Below are positions 38,319 through 46,859 of a stretch of 64,000 nt of DNA, in pieces. A program made the translations under genes and the position numbers. Under the pieces are notes generated by a model that worked only from the letters and a program-made list of their open reading frames with translations, had not been told where the DNA came from and searched no databases. Position 1 is the first letter of the stretch, and each line of letters begins with the position of its first letter. The DNA comes from Rheinheimera sp. (lineage in GTDB: Bacteria; Pseudomonadota; Gammaproteobacteria; Enterobacterales; Alteromonadaceae): the NCBI RefSeq assembly GCF_037442345.1, contig NZ_JBBIQL010000019.1:35724-99723 (forward strand), read 5' to 3'.

Positions 38319-39260
38319 TTACCGCTCCAGCTGATAACGGATCTGGGCGCGAAAGGCTTGGTCCGGGCGGGTATAATGGAAAGGGAAACAAGGCTGATTC
38401 GGCGAATCCGGAAAAAACTGCGGCTCCAGGCAAATGCCTTGCCGGGCCTGAAAAGGCGCCGCTAAATGCTCGCCTGTATACACCTGCAAGCCAGGGTAAT
38501 CGGAGCTGACCCGCAGTTTCAGCTGGCCGTCCGGGCTGGTCAGTTCGGCTGAGGCCTGGCGTACATCACCGGCCACCACAAAGTTATGGTCCAGTACAGC
38601 CCCGGCAAGCAGACGCGGCTGTTGAAAATCAAAAGCAGTGCCCTGCACTTTGGCCAGCTCGCCGGTTGGAATGCATTCGTTATCCACCACCGCATAATGG
38701 GCGGCTTTGAGCTGCAACTGATGAGCATCAATGCCCGCCTTCGCTCTCCCCTCTGGCACAGCCGCCAGATTAAAATAGGGGTGCAAGGTCGGCCCCACCA
38801 AGGTAACCCGTTCAGTCTTGGCCTGAAAAGTCGCCGCCAGCGCCCCATCGGGCGTTAACTGATACAACAGGCTGAAATGCACAGGCCCGGGGTACCCCCC
38901 CAGGCCGTCCGGCCTGCTGCAGACCAGTTCGACTGCATCCTGGTACTGCTTTTTCAGCTGCCAGTGCTGGCAATGCAGCCCCTGGCTGCCACCGTGCAAA
39001 TGGTGCTGGCCTTCGTTGGCTTCCAGCTGATAACGCTGCTGCTCCAGCTTAAACGACGACCGACCGATACGGTTGGCATAAGGCCCGGCTACAGCCCCCA
39101 AATAACAACTGTCTTTCTGGTACTGCTCCGCATGTGGATACGACAAAATCAGCTCCCGCTGCTGGCTCCCCAACCGGGCAGACCAGTGCTGCAAGGTCGC
39201 GCCATACGACAACACCTGAAGCTGATCGCCGAGTGCATTTTTCAGCTGAAACTGCTGCAT
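38319..39260 (-). CDS. galM: Aldose 1-epimerase (mutarotase) of the xylose locus
   Basis: GPYANRI, HLHGG, TLHPYFNL, LDHNF, GICLEPQ. Confidence 0.88.
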   Translation of the reverse strand: MQQFQLKNALGDQLQVLSYGATLQHWSARLGSQQRELILSYPHAEQYQKDSCYLGAVAGPYANRIGRSSFKLEQQRYQLEANEGQHHLHGGSQGLHCQHWQLKKQYQDAVELVCSRPDGLGGYPGPVHFSLLYQLTPDGALAATFQAKTERVTLVGPTLHPYFNLAAVPEGRAKAGIDAHQLQLKAAHYAVVDNECIPTGELAKVQGTAFDFQQPRLLAGAVLDHNFVVAGDVRQASAELTSPDGQLKLRVSSDYPGLQVYTGEHLAAPFQARQGICLEPQFFPDSPNQPCFPFHYTRPDQAFRAQIRYQLER

Positions 39261-39364
39261 CTGTTTGTTCCTGAAGCTTTTTATCTGATATAGCCTAGCT
39301 GGCCACTCCTGATTGCTGTATAGCTTTTGCTGCTGTCGCCATTACGGAATTTGGCAGCGGCGAT

Positions 39365-39379
39365 GAAAAAAAATAATTG
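39365..39379 (+). promoter_or_regulatory. Putative XylR binding site in the galM/symporter divergent region
   Basis: GAAAAAAAATAATTG, one mismatch from the xylA site. Confidence 0.5.
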
Positions 39380-39461
39380 GCTCTGTACATTCCGTTAGCC
39401 CAAAACAACAAGAGACCTAGTATGGTAAGGCCATAAAAAACATAAAGATGAATCAACAGGT

Positions 39462-40997
39462 ATGACGACTCTCACCCGCAACAACAGCCTTTCTGCCAAT
39501 GGAAGCCCGGCGATGCCACAAACCAGTGCCCGACTCAGTGTGACCGAAAAAATCGGCTATAGCCTGGGCGACCTGGCGGCCAACCTGATCTTCCAGACAT
39601 TAATGACCTTTCTGGCGTTCTTTTACACCGACGTGTATCAGATCCCGCCCGATGCGGCCGCCAGCATTATTTTTGTCGGTGGCTTACTAGGCGCCTGCTT
39701 TAACCCAATAATGGGCATGATTGCCGACCGCACCCACACCCGCTTTGGTAAATTTCGCCCCTGGGTACTCTGGACCGCAGTGCCCTTTGGCGTGATTGCG
39801 CTTGCAGCCTTCAGCACGCCGGATTTTGGCCCGGATGGCAAACTGGTGTATGCCTTTGTCACTTATGTACTGCTGGTGTTGGTGTATTCGGCCAATAACC
39901 TGCCCTACTCGGCGCTGAGTGGCGTGCTGACCGGTAATATGGCCGAGCGCAACAGTTTGTCGAGTTACCGTTTTGTCGCTGTGATGGTGGCGCAGTTTAT
40001 TATTCAGGCGCTGCTACTGCCTTTAGTACTGCTGATGGGCGATGGCGACAAAGCCGTCGGCTTTGAAAAAACCATGACGCTGTTTGCCTGGGTCGGCATT
40101 GTGTTTTTCCTGATCACCTTTATCACCACCAAAGAGCGGGTGAAAAGCTGCGAAAAAGAGGGCAGCATCCGCCAGGACATTGCCGACTTATTGCATAACA
40201 AACCCTGGGCTGTGATGCTTGCCGTGACCATTCTGGTGTTTATTACGCTGGCGCTGAAAGGTGGCACCTACATTTATTATTTTGAGCATTATCTGGACCA
40301 GCAGCAGATAGCGCTGTTTTTACAGGACATTGGTTTTAACCACTTTATTGCCGGGTTAAACCAAAGCTTAAATGCACTGGGCCTGACCAATTTCAGCTGG
40401 CCGGAAGACGCGGCTACCTCAGGTTTTAGCCTGTTTAATGCCGGTGGCATTATCTGTATGATTTTCGGTATTGGCTTCTCCAAACCGCTGGCTGACCGCT
40501 TTGGCAAACGCAATGTGTTTGCTGCGGCATTGTTGGTAGCCACACTGTTTGTACTGGCGTTTTATGTCATTCCTGCGGACGCTATTGGCCTGGTGTTTTT
40601 GTCGCAAATTCTGCACGGTTTTTTCTACGGCATCACCATTCCACTGCTATGGGCCATGATTGCCGACGTGGCGGACTTTTCGGAGTGGAAAAATCACCGC
40701 CGGGCCACCGCCATTATTTTCTCAGCGATGATTTTTGGCCTGAAGCTGGGCCTGAGTATTGGTGGTGCTTTGGTTGCAGCCATTCTGGCCAGCCTGGGCT
40801 ATGACACTCACCTGCCACAGCAGACAGTCGAAACCGCCGAAGGTATTAAAACCGCCGTCAGCCTTTACGCCGCCTTGCCGTTTTTACTGGCGGTGGGGGT
40901 GATGTGTCTGTTCGAAATTAACAAACAAAAAGAGCTGCAAATTGAGCGGGAATTGCAAAGCCGCCGCATTGCAGCTGGTGTCAGCGAAGCGGAGTAG
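39462..40997 (+). CDS. GPH-family (MFS) glycoside:cation symporter, XynT-like xylo-oligosaccharide importer
   Basis: KIGYSLGD, GMIADRTHTRFGKFRPW, WAMIADVADF, about 12 TM helices; coupled to a cytoplasmic GH43. Confidence 0.88.
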   Translation: MTTLTRNNSLSANGSPAMPQTSARLSVTEKIGYSLGDLAANLIFQTLMTFLAFFYTDVYQIPPDAAASIIFVGGLLGACFNPIMGMIADRTHTRFGKFRPWVLWTAVPFGVIALAAFSTPDFGPDGKLVYAFVTYVLLVLVYSANNLPYSALSGVLTGNMAERNSLSSYRFVAVMVAQFIIQALLLPLVLLMGDGDKAVGFEKTMTLFAWVGIVFFLITFITTKERVKSCEKEGSIRQDIADLLHNKPWAVMLAVTILVFITLALKGGTYIYYFEHYLDQQQIALFLQDIGFNHFIAGLNQSLNALGLTNFSWPEDAATSGFSLFNAGGIICMIFGIGFSKPLADRFGKRNVFAAALLVATLFVLAFYVIPADAIGLVFLSQILHGFFYGITIPLLWAMIADVADFSEWKNHRRATAIIFSAMIFGLKLGLSIGGALVAAILASLGYDTHLPQQTVETAEGIKTAVSLYAALPFLLAVGVMCLFEINKQKELQIERELQSRRIAAGVSEAE

Positions 40998-42004
40998 TGA
41001 TGACTGAACCCAACTATCAAGAGTTAAAAGCCAAAGCCATTTCCCAGCCTTTGGTGGAGCATATCTACACAGCGGACCCGTCCGCCCATGTATTTGACGG
41101 CACCATTTATATTTACCCGTCACACGACATTGAGGCAGGCATCCCCTTTAATGACAATGGCGACCACTTTGGTATGGAAGACTACCATGTGTTGTCGCTG
41201 GACCGGCCTGGTGGCACCGCCACGGATCACGGTGTGGCCTTGCATGTGGCGGATGTGCCCTGGGCTGAGCGGCAAATGTGGGCGCCGGACGCGGCGAAAA
41301 AAGGCGACAGCTATTTTTTTTATTTTCCAGCCAAGGCACCGGATGGCTTGTTCCGCATTGGCGTGGCCACAGCCAACACCCCTTATGGCCCGTTCAAGCC
41401 AGAAGCGCAGGCCATTGAAGGCAGTTATTCGATAGACCCGGCAGTCTTTGCCGACGATGACGGCGCTTATTACCTGTACTTTGGGGGTATTTGGGGTGGC
41501 CAGCTGCAAAGCTACCGCCACAACAGCTACAGTGCCGCCTATCAGGAGCCTGCAGCCGGTGAACCGGCGCTGGGCCCCCGGGTCGCGCGTCTTTCCGACG
41601 ATATGCTGCAGTTTGCTGAAGCCCCCCGTGAAGTGCAAATTCTGGACACCAACGGCCAGCCACTGCTGGCCGGTGACCACGACCGGCGTTTTTTTGAAGC
41701 CAGCTGGCTGCATAAATACAACGGGACCTACTACTTTTCTTACTCCACCGGCGACACCCACTTCTTATGCTACGCCACAGGCGACAACCCGTACGGACCT
41801 TTTACCTACCAGGGCCGCATCCTGGAGCCGGTGATTGGCTGGACCACCCACCACTCCATTTGCCAGTTCGAAGGCAAGTGGTACCTGTTTTACCACGACA
41901 GCATTTTGTCGGGAGGCGTCACGCACCTGCGCTCTGTGAAAATGACCGAACTGGTGCACGAAGCCGATGGCCGCATACGCACCATCCAGCCCTATCGGGA
42001 TTAG
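40997..42004 (+). CDS. Cytoplasmic GH43 (GH43_1-like) beta-xylosidase
   Basis: No signal peptide; YTADPSAHVF, MWAPDA, SIDPAVF, FFEASW, WTTHHSI. Confidence 0.9.
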   Translation: MMTEPNYQELKAKAISQPLVEHIYTADPSAHVFDGTIYIYPSHDIEAGIPFNDNGDHFGMEDYHVLSLDRPGGTATDHGVALHVADVPWAERQMWAPDAAKKGDSYFFYFPAKAPDGLFRIGVATANTPYGPFKPEAQAIEGSYSIDPAVFADDDGAYYLYFGGIWGGQLQSYRHNSYSAAYQEPAAGEPALGPRVARLSDDMLQFAEAPREVQILDTNGQPLLAGDHDRRFFEASWLHKYNGTYYFSYSTGDTHFLCYATGDNPYGPFTYQGRILEPVIGWTTHHSICQFEGKWYLFYHDSILSGGVTHLRSVKMTELVHEADGRIRTIQPYRD

Positions 42005-42135
42005 AGGTTCGTGAAACTGTGGGATGCAATTTTGTTCATAATCCGCGCCCCAAAATGACGGCAGGGGCGTACCTTGGTGCGCCTTTTGTTTTAATCTGCA
42101 TATTGGTTTGGATAGAAGGTTAATCGACAACAGCC

Positions 42136-42308
42136 AATTCGCCGGTAAGCAAACCTCTGGCGGAATTCCAGAACAAAAACAGTGGTAGGCAACCCAGCCC
42201 CCCGGAGACTACTGCGTTCGCCCGTTCGCGCCTCCCGCGCTCACTTTTATATCGCTCACTACGCAGTCACCGGGAGCTGATTGCTGAAATTTCAGCCTAA
42301 TCACTCCC
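42136..42308. other. Multi-hairpin non-coding region upstream of the orphan ORF
   Basis: Three stems: 42136-42167; 42202-42273 (ACTGCGT/ACGCAGT closed by CCGG/CCGG); 42272-42308 (GGGAG-TGATT-GCTGAAATTTCAGC-AATCA-CTCCC). Confidence 0.5.
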
Positions 42309-42397
42309 CTTATGCCTATGTATACTCAACATCGCAAACGTCATTTGCAAAATGATGATTTATCGTAAACATCAGTTAAAAAAGGTGATTCAATTCC

Positions 42398-42961
42398 ATG
42401 AATACACAAATGAACGAATTTCATCTAAAAATTTATCTAAGTGAAATATCTTTTCAATGCCAACCAGCCCTGCAAGCGAACGATGGCGTAATGCATTTTT
42501 TGAAACAATTACCCAACGCAAACAGAGTCGATGCATCTCAATTTTTGCAAAATGAAGTTTTCAGAAACTTACATAGCTTGTTAACACATACAAGTAATGT
42601 GTCTCGCTTGTTATGGCATCCAAACAAAAAGGGGAAATCAAAAGATCGAGCTGAATACTTAAGGAGCTATCTAGGGCTCACCGAACATCATGTGGTTGCC
42701 GATCGGAGATTATGGGATCACTTAGAACACTTTGATGAGCGGCTAGACAACTGGAGAGAAGGTAGTAACGCAACTATGTTTGCTGATGCCACCATAGGAC
42801 CGCAGGGGAAGACATTTGGCGGTATTGAGGAAAAGAGCATCATGCGATTCTTCGATCCTTACTCTTTTATTTATGTTTTCAGAGGTGAACCTTTCAGCAT
42901 TAAAGAGATATCAAAGTCAGTTTGGGAACTGAATCAGCTGATTCGTTCCAAAATCCACTAG
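42398..42961 (+). CDS. AT-rich hypothetical protein, possible HEPN-like fold
   Basis: 187 aa, codon usage (TTA, AGA, ATA, CTA) unlike the flanking genes; RRLWDHLEHFDERLD segment. Confidence 0.7.
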   Translation: MNTQMNEFHLKIYLSEISFQCQPALQANDGVMHFLKQLPNANRVDASQFLQNEVFRNLHSLLTHTSNVSRLLWHPNKKGKSKDRAEYLRSYLGLTEHHVVADRRLWDHLEHFDERLDNWREGSNATMFADATIGPQGKTFGGIEEKSIMRFFDPYSFIYVFRGEPFSIKEISKSVWELNQLIRSKIH

Positions 42962-42983
42962 TCGCTGTAACTTTGAGATGCAT

Positions 42984-43292
42984 CTAATACACCAAAACCC
43001 CCAGCCCCTTATGCGCCACTAAATTCAGCAGCTTTAACGAAGCACCTTTGGGGCTTTTGCCGCCTTGCTCCCAGGCGCGCACTGTGGATGGGCTGGTATT
43101 TAAGTAGGCTGCAAATACGGCCTGACTGACGCGGGCACTTTCTCGGATGGCTTTGATGCGGGCGGCATCGAAATGCTCAACCTCTGGCAAACAGAGCGCA
43201 TCGAACTTGCGCATGGTTTGCACGTCCATCACGCCAGCCTTGTTTAACCCTTGAGCTGTTTGGTGTACTGCATCTAAGATGCTGTTACTCAT
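42984..43292 (-). CDS. XRE/Cro-type HTH antitoxin (HigA/YiaG-like)
   Basis: IKAIRESARVSQAVFAAYLNTSPSTVRAWEQGGKSPKG. Confidence 0.85.
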   Translation of the reverse strand: MSNSILDAVHQTAQGLNKAGVMDVQTMRKFDALCLPEVEHFDAARIKAIRESARVSQAVFAAYLNTSPSTVRAWEQGGKSPKGASLKLLNLVAHKGLGVLVY

Positions 43293-43659
43293 CGATTTTC
43301 ACCTCTATAAGCTCGCCAGCTTGTATGGCGCGATTTAACTCCACGGCAGTGTAAGCCAATAAATTTTTTGCCAATAACTTTAAAGCGTTCAGTTCTTTTC
43401 GGCTGATATTGTCTTGCTGGCTCTTTGCACAACCAAAGATAAAAAAGGCTTTGTCACCATGCTTAACGGCTAGCAAAGTGCGGGCCCCGCCCCTTTTACC
43501 TTGTCTTCGCAGCCCAACCCGCTTTTTTATCACATGGCCGCCGAGGTCAGCATCCATCAGTCCTGCTGTAATTTCTTGCACCGCATTGTATAGATCGCAG
43601 TCCGTCAGCCCTTCTTGCTCAGCCCATTTACTAAACCATTTTGATTTATAGGTCTGCAT
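43285..43659 (-). CDS. RelE/ParE-superfamily toxin (HigB-like gene order)
   Basis: KSKWFSKW, DADLGGHVIKKRV, GKRGGARTLL, FIFGCAKSQQDNIS; 8-bp overlap with the antitoxin. Confidence 0.82.
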   Translation of the reverse strand: MQTYKSKWFSKWAEQEGLTDCDLYNAVQEITAGLMDADLGGHVIKKRVGLRRQGKRGGARTLLAVKHGDKAFFIFGCAKSQQDNISRKELNALKLLAKNLLAYTAVELNRAIQAGELIEVKIDE

Positions 43660-43682
43660 AGCGTCCTCGCCTTTCAAAACTA

Positions 43683-43697
43683 TACCACCAAGTGATA
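43683..43697. promoter_or_regulatory. Possible antitoxin operator overlapping the -10 of the TA promoter
   Basis: Imperfect palindrome TACCAC-CAA-GTGATA next to a minus-strand TATAGT. Confidence 0.35.
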
Positions 43698-43787
43698 CAG
43701 ATTGCATCCTGCAATAAAGGTTAGAAGTATAGTTGCAGGAGAACGTGAGCTGCTGTTTCAAGTTTTTCCAGCAGCCATAGAGCTATG

Positions 43788-43809
43788 AAAAAGGCGACTT
43801 GACGTCGCC
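43788..43809 (-). terminator. Rho-independent terminator after manD
   Basis: GGCGAC/GTCGCC stem followed by TTTTT on the minus strand. Confidence 0.6.
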
Positions 43810-43834
43810 CATAAGTTTGCAGAAACGCGCAAAA

Positions 43835-45043
43835 CTACCAATTAAACAAGGTGCCATCTTCCAGCCGGTTCACCGGCAGGTAAGCGCGTTGGTAGGGGTA
43901 TTTAGCCGCCAGTTTCTCGTCAATAGTGACCCCATGGCCCGGGGTTTCACCACAGTGCAGGAAACCAGTGTCAAAGTGGTAGTCGTGTGGAAAGACTTCG
44001 TCGGTGGCTTCGGTGTGACGCATGTATTCCTGAATGCCGAAGTTCGGCACCCAGGTGTCGAAATGCAGTGCCGCGCCCATAGTGACAGGCGATAAATCGG
44101 TAGCGCCGTGAAAGCCTGTGCGTACATGGTACAACTCGGCCAAAGCAGCAATACGGCGCAAGTGGGTAATACCACCACCATGCACCAGGGTGGTGCGGAT
44201 GTAATCAATCAGCTGCTCGCTAATCAGCTGCTGGCAGTCATAAATGGACGAAAACACCTCCCCCACCGCCAATGGCGTGGTGGTGTGCCGGCGGATCAGC
44301 CGGAAGCCTTCCTGCAACTCGGCCGTCACCGCATCCTCCAGCCAGAACAGTTTAAACGGCTCCAGCTCTTTGCCCAGCCGGGCGGCCTCTATAGGTGTCA
44401 GGCGGTGGTGCACGTCGTGCAGCAGGTGAATATCATCCCCCACTGCGTCGCGCACTTTGGCAAATAACTTCGGCACATGATTCAGGTACTTGGTGGTGGA
44501 CCAGAGGTTTTCCGTCGGCAGGTCGGCATCGGCCGGCTCGTAGAAGAGTTTGTCTTTCGACACGCCGTAAGTCGAGGCCAGACCCGGCACACCAGATTGC
44601 GCGCGAATGGCCACATAGCCCTGTTCTTTGTAACGCAGCACCGCCTCGACCGTGTCGTCGATGTCCTTGCCATTGGCATGGCCATACACCATAACTCTGG
44701 AGCGGCTGCGCCCGCCCAATAACTGATAGAGCGGCATGCCGGCTGCCTTGGCCTTGATGTCCCACAACGCCATATCCACAGCAGCCAGCGCCGTCATCCC
44801 CACAGGACCGCGACGCCAGTAGGCACCGCGGTAAAAAAACTGCCAGATATCTTCAATCTGCGAGGCGTCTTTGCCAATCAGGCAAGGGATCATATGGTCA
44901 GTCAGGTAACTGGCGACAGCCAGTTCACGGCCATTGAGAGTGGCATCGCCAATACCGGTCAGTCCCTGGTCCGTCTCAATGATTAAGGTGACAAAATTGC
45001 GGCCAGGGCTACAGACAATCACGCGGGCAGAGGTAATTTTCAT
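43835..45043 (-). CDS. manD: D-mannonate dehydratase (enolase superfamily, RspA/ManD)
   Basis: [56 protein letters not shown]. Confidence 0.92.
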   Translation of the reverse strand: MKITSARVIVCSPGRNFVTLIIETDQGLTGIGDATLNGRELAVASYLTDHMIPCLIGKDASQIEDIWQFFYRGAYWRRGPVGMTALAAVDMALWDIKAKAAGMPLYQLLGGRSRSRVMVYGHANGKDIDDTVEAVLRYKEQGYVAIRAQSGVPGLASTYGVSKDKLFYEPADADLPTENLWSTTKYLNHVPKLFAKVRDAVGDDIHLLHDVHHRLTPIEAARLGKELEPFKLFWLEDAVTAELQEGFRLIRRHTTTPLAVGEVFSSIYDCQQLISEQLIDYIRTTLVHGGGITHLRRIAALAELYHVRTGFHGATDLSPVTMGAALHFDTWVPNFGIQEYMRHTEATDEVFPHDYHFDTGFLHCGETPGHGVTIDEKLAAKYPYQRAYLPVNRLEDGTLFNW

Positions 45044-45233
45044 CCGGGCATACTCGTTTAAACACAATGTGTTGCAGCATACCCAAGCCAGGCAGCGCGA
45101 CAATTCTGAAAGCTGATAAGCGCATTATGCTTTGTGCTGACCACTTTATCGCCTCAACATGCCAAAGCCGAAACCACCTCACTGATTCTATCTGTATGCA
45201 TCGCTATCCCCTGCTTGTTGAAGGATAAAACGG

Positions 45234-45677
45234 TCAAAGCAGGGCTTCGGATAAAGCATCTCTTAACTTGCAAACCTGATTGTTTAAGTTTTCCAGCTCT
45301 GACGGCTCCATTCCCGAATGGACGGCCAGGGCTTTAGCCAGACAGCCCGTTTTCTCGCGGACTGCGCGCCCAGTTGCAGTGAGATCAACAAATACCTGAC
45401 GTTCATCCTGGGTACCCCGTCTTCTTAGGACCAAGCCCATGACTTCCAGCCTCTTCACCAGCGGAGTAATAGTACTGGATTCAAGAGACAGCCGGACACC
45501 TATACCACTGACAGTCAGGCCATCGTCTTCCCACAAAGCACTCATCACCAGATATTGCGGATAGGTCAGACCCAACTTATCCAGCAGAGGTTTGTAAGTG
45601 CGATTGATCGCAATAGAGAGCCCGTACACAGAAAAGCAGAGCTGACTATCCAGAGGATACAAGGCATCTGTGGTCAT
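45234..45677 (-). CDS. MarR-family regulator, OhrR-like
   Basis: LDSQLCFSVY (OhrR-type N-terminal Cys), LTYPQYLVM, LESSTITPLVKRLE, DERQV. Confidence 0.88.
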   Translation of the reverse strand: MTTDALYPLDSQLCFSVYGLSIAINRTYKPLLDKLGLTYPQYLVMSALWEDDGLTVSGIGVRLSLESSTITPLVKRLEVMGLVLRRRGTQDERQVFVDLTATGRAVREKTGCLAKALAVHSGMEPSELENLNNQVCKLRDALSEALL

Positions 45678-45713
45678 ACTTAAACACCTCAAAAATAGAT
45701 ACTACATAAAATT

Positions 45714-45789
45714 TTATCACGATAAGAAAATCCTTGACAGCAAAACCCAACAAATCACATTATGTATCGCGATACTTATTATCGAAATA
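45714..45789. promoter_or_regulatory. Divergent promoter region with TATC-NN-GATA palindromes and a sigma70 promoter
   Basis: TTATCACGATAA (45714), GTATCGCGATAC (45764), TATCGAAATA (45780); TTGACA at 45734 and CATTAT at 45758. Confidence 0.6.
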
Positions 45790-45824
45790 AATTATATTAG
45801 ACTAACTTACATTGGAGTCATCTC

Positions 45825-46607
45825 ATGAAAATTGTTCTCAACCGACTGACAGCAGCTGTGGTACTAGCGGCCACTCTAGTCACGTTCAGCTCTGCGGCTG
45901 CAACAACTGAAGCTCAGGATAAAACCACAGTCGTGATGGTACACGGGGCTTTTGCAGATGGATCGTCATGGAACAAAGTGATCCCACTTTTGCAGGAAAA
46001 AGGTTTAAATGTTGTTGCTGTGCAGAACCCGCTCACTTCTCTGGAAGATGATGTCACGGCCGCTAAACGTGCGATCGATGCGCAGACTGGGCCTGTCGTA
46101 TTGGTTGGTCACTCATGGGCAGGAACTGTTATTACCCAGGCAGGTGACAACGATAAAGTAAAAGCCCTGGTTTATGTGGCGGCTTTTGCGCCTTCTTTAG
46201 GCCAGACCTCTGTCGAAGATTTGCAGCCTTTCCCAACTCCACCTGGTGTAGCTCAGTTTATTCAAAGTCCGGATGGTTTTATTTCATTGCCTGCGCATGC
46301 TATTGCCAGTGATTTTGCCCAGGATGTCACGGCCCAAGAGGCGAACCTGATTGCGGCCACGCAGGGCCCTGTTCGTGTTGCCAACTTTGAACAAAAAGTT
46401 TCTGCAGCCGCCTGGACCACCAAACCGAGCTGGTACATTGTTGCGGACAAGGATCGGATGATCCACCCTGATGCACAGCGCGCTTTAGCCAAGAAAATTA
46501 AAGCCACTACGACAACTTTAGCTACCGGACACGTTCCAATGGCGTCAGCTCCGGCAGATGTTGCTGAAGTTATTGTAAAAGCAGCAAAAGCTATCCAGTC
46601 GCATTGA
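45825..46607 (+). CDS. Exported alpha/beta hydrolase
   Basis: Signal peptide, VHGAFADGSSW, GHSWAG nucleophile elbow, ADKD, TGHVPM. Confidence 0.88.
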   Translation: MKIVLNRLTAAVVLAATLVTFSSAAATTEAQDKTTVVMVHGAFADGSSWNKVIPLLQEKGLNVVAVQNPLTSLEDDVTAAKRAIDAQTGPVVLVGHSWAGTVITQAGDNDKVKALVYVAAFAPSLGQTSVEDLQPFPTPPGVAQFIQSPDGFISLPAHAIASDFAQDVTAQEANLIAATQGPVRVANFEQKVSAAAWTTKPSWYIVADKDRMIHPDAQRALAKKIKATTTTLATGHVPMASAPADVAEVIVKAAKAIQSH

Positions 46608-46610
46608 GGT

Positions 46611-46646
46611 AACAGGCTCGCTTTGTGCTGAAAAAGCGAGCCTGTT
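46611..46646. terminator. Hairpin after the alpha/beta hydrolase
   Basis: 14-bp perfect arms AACAGGCTCGCTTT / AAAGCGAGCCTGTT. Confidence 0.65.
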
Positions 46647-46859
46647 CTGTTTGGCATCCCAGAAAAATTGAGTTGTCACCACGGCATTGAAAAGGCCCGG
46701 CACCTATGGCATTAACCTATGACCAGCCGCCATGAAAACTACACTAAGATTGTTTTGCCTTATGTTTTTTATTATCGGCTTCACCTTTACTGGCACCCCA
46801 CTTTGCGACTGAGCAGATGCACAGTAGGCTGGGAAAAAACCATCTCAGGGCTGCTTCCA

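Noticed and set aside
42961-43000. Possible integron attC after the AT-rich ORF
   Set aside because: No RYYYAAC...GTTRRRY pair and no integrase in the window
46659-46678. ATCCCAGAAAAATTGAGTTG resembling an ERIC terminus
   Set aside because: Only about 20 bp match; the ERIC core (CCCCAG/CTGGGG, GCTGCAGC) is absent
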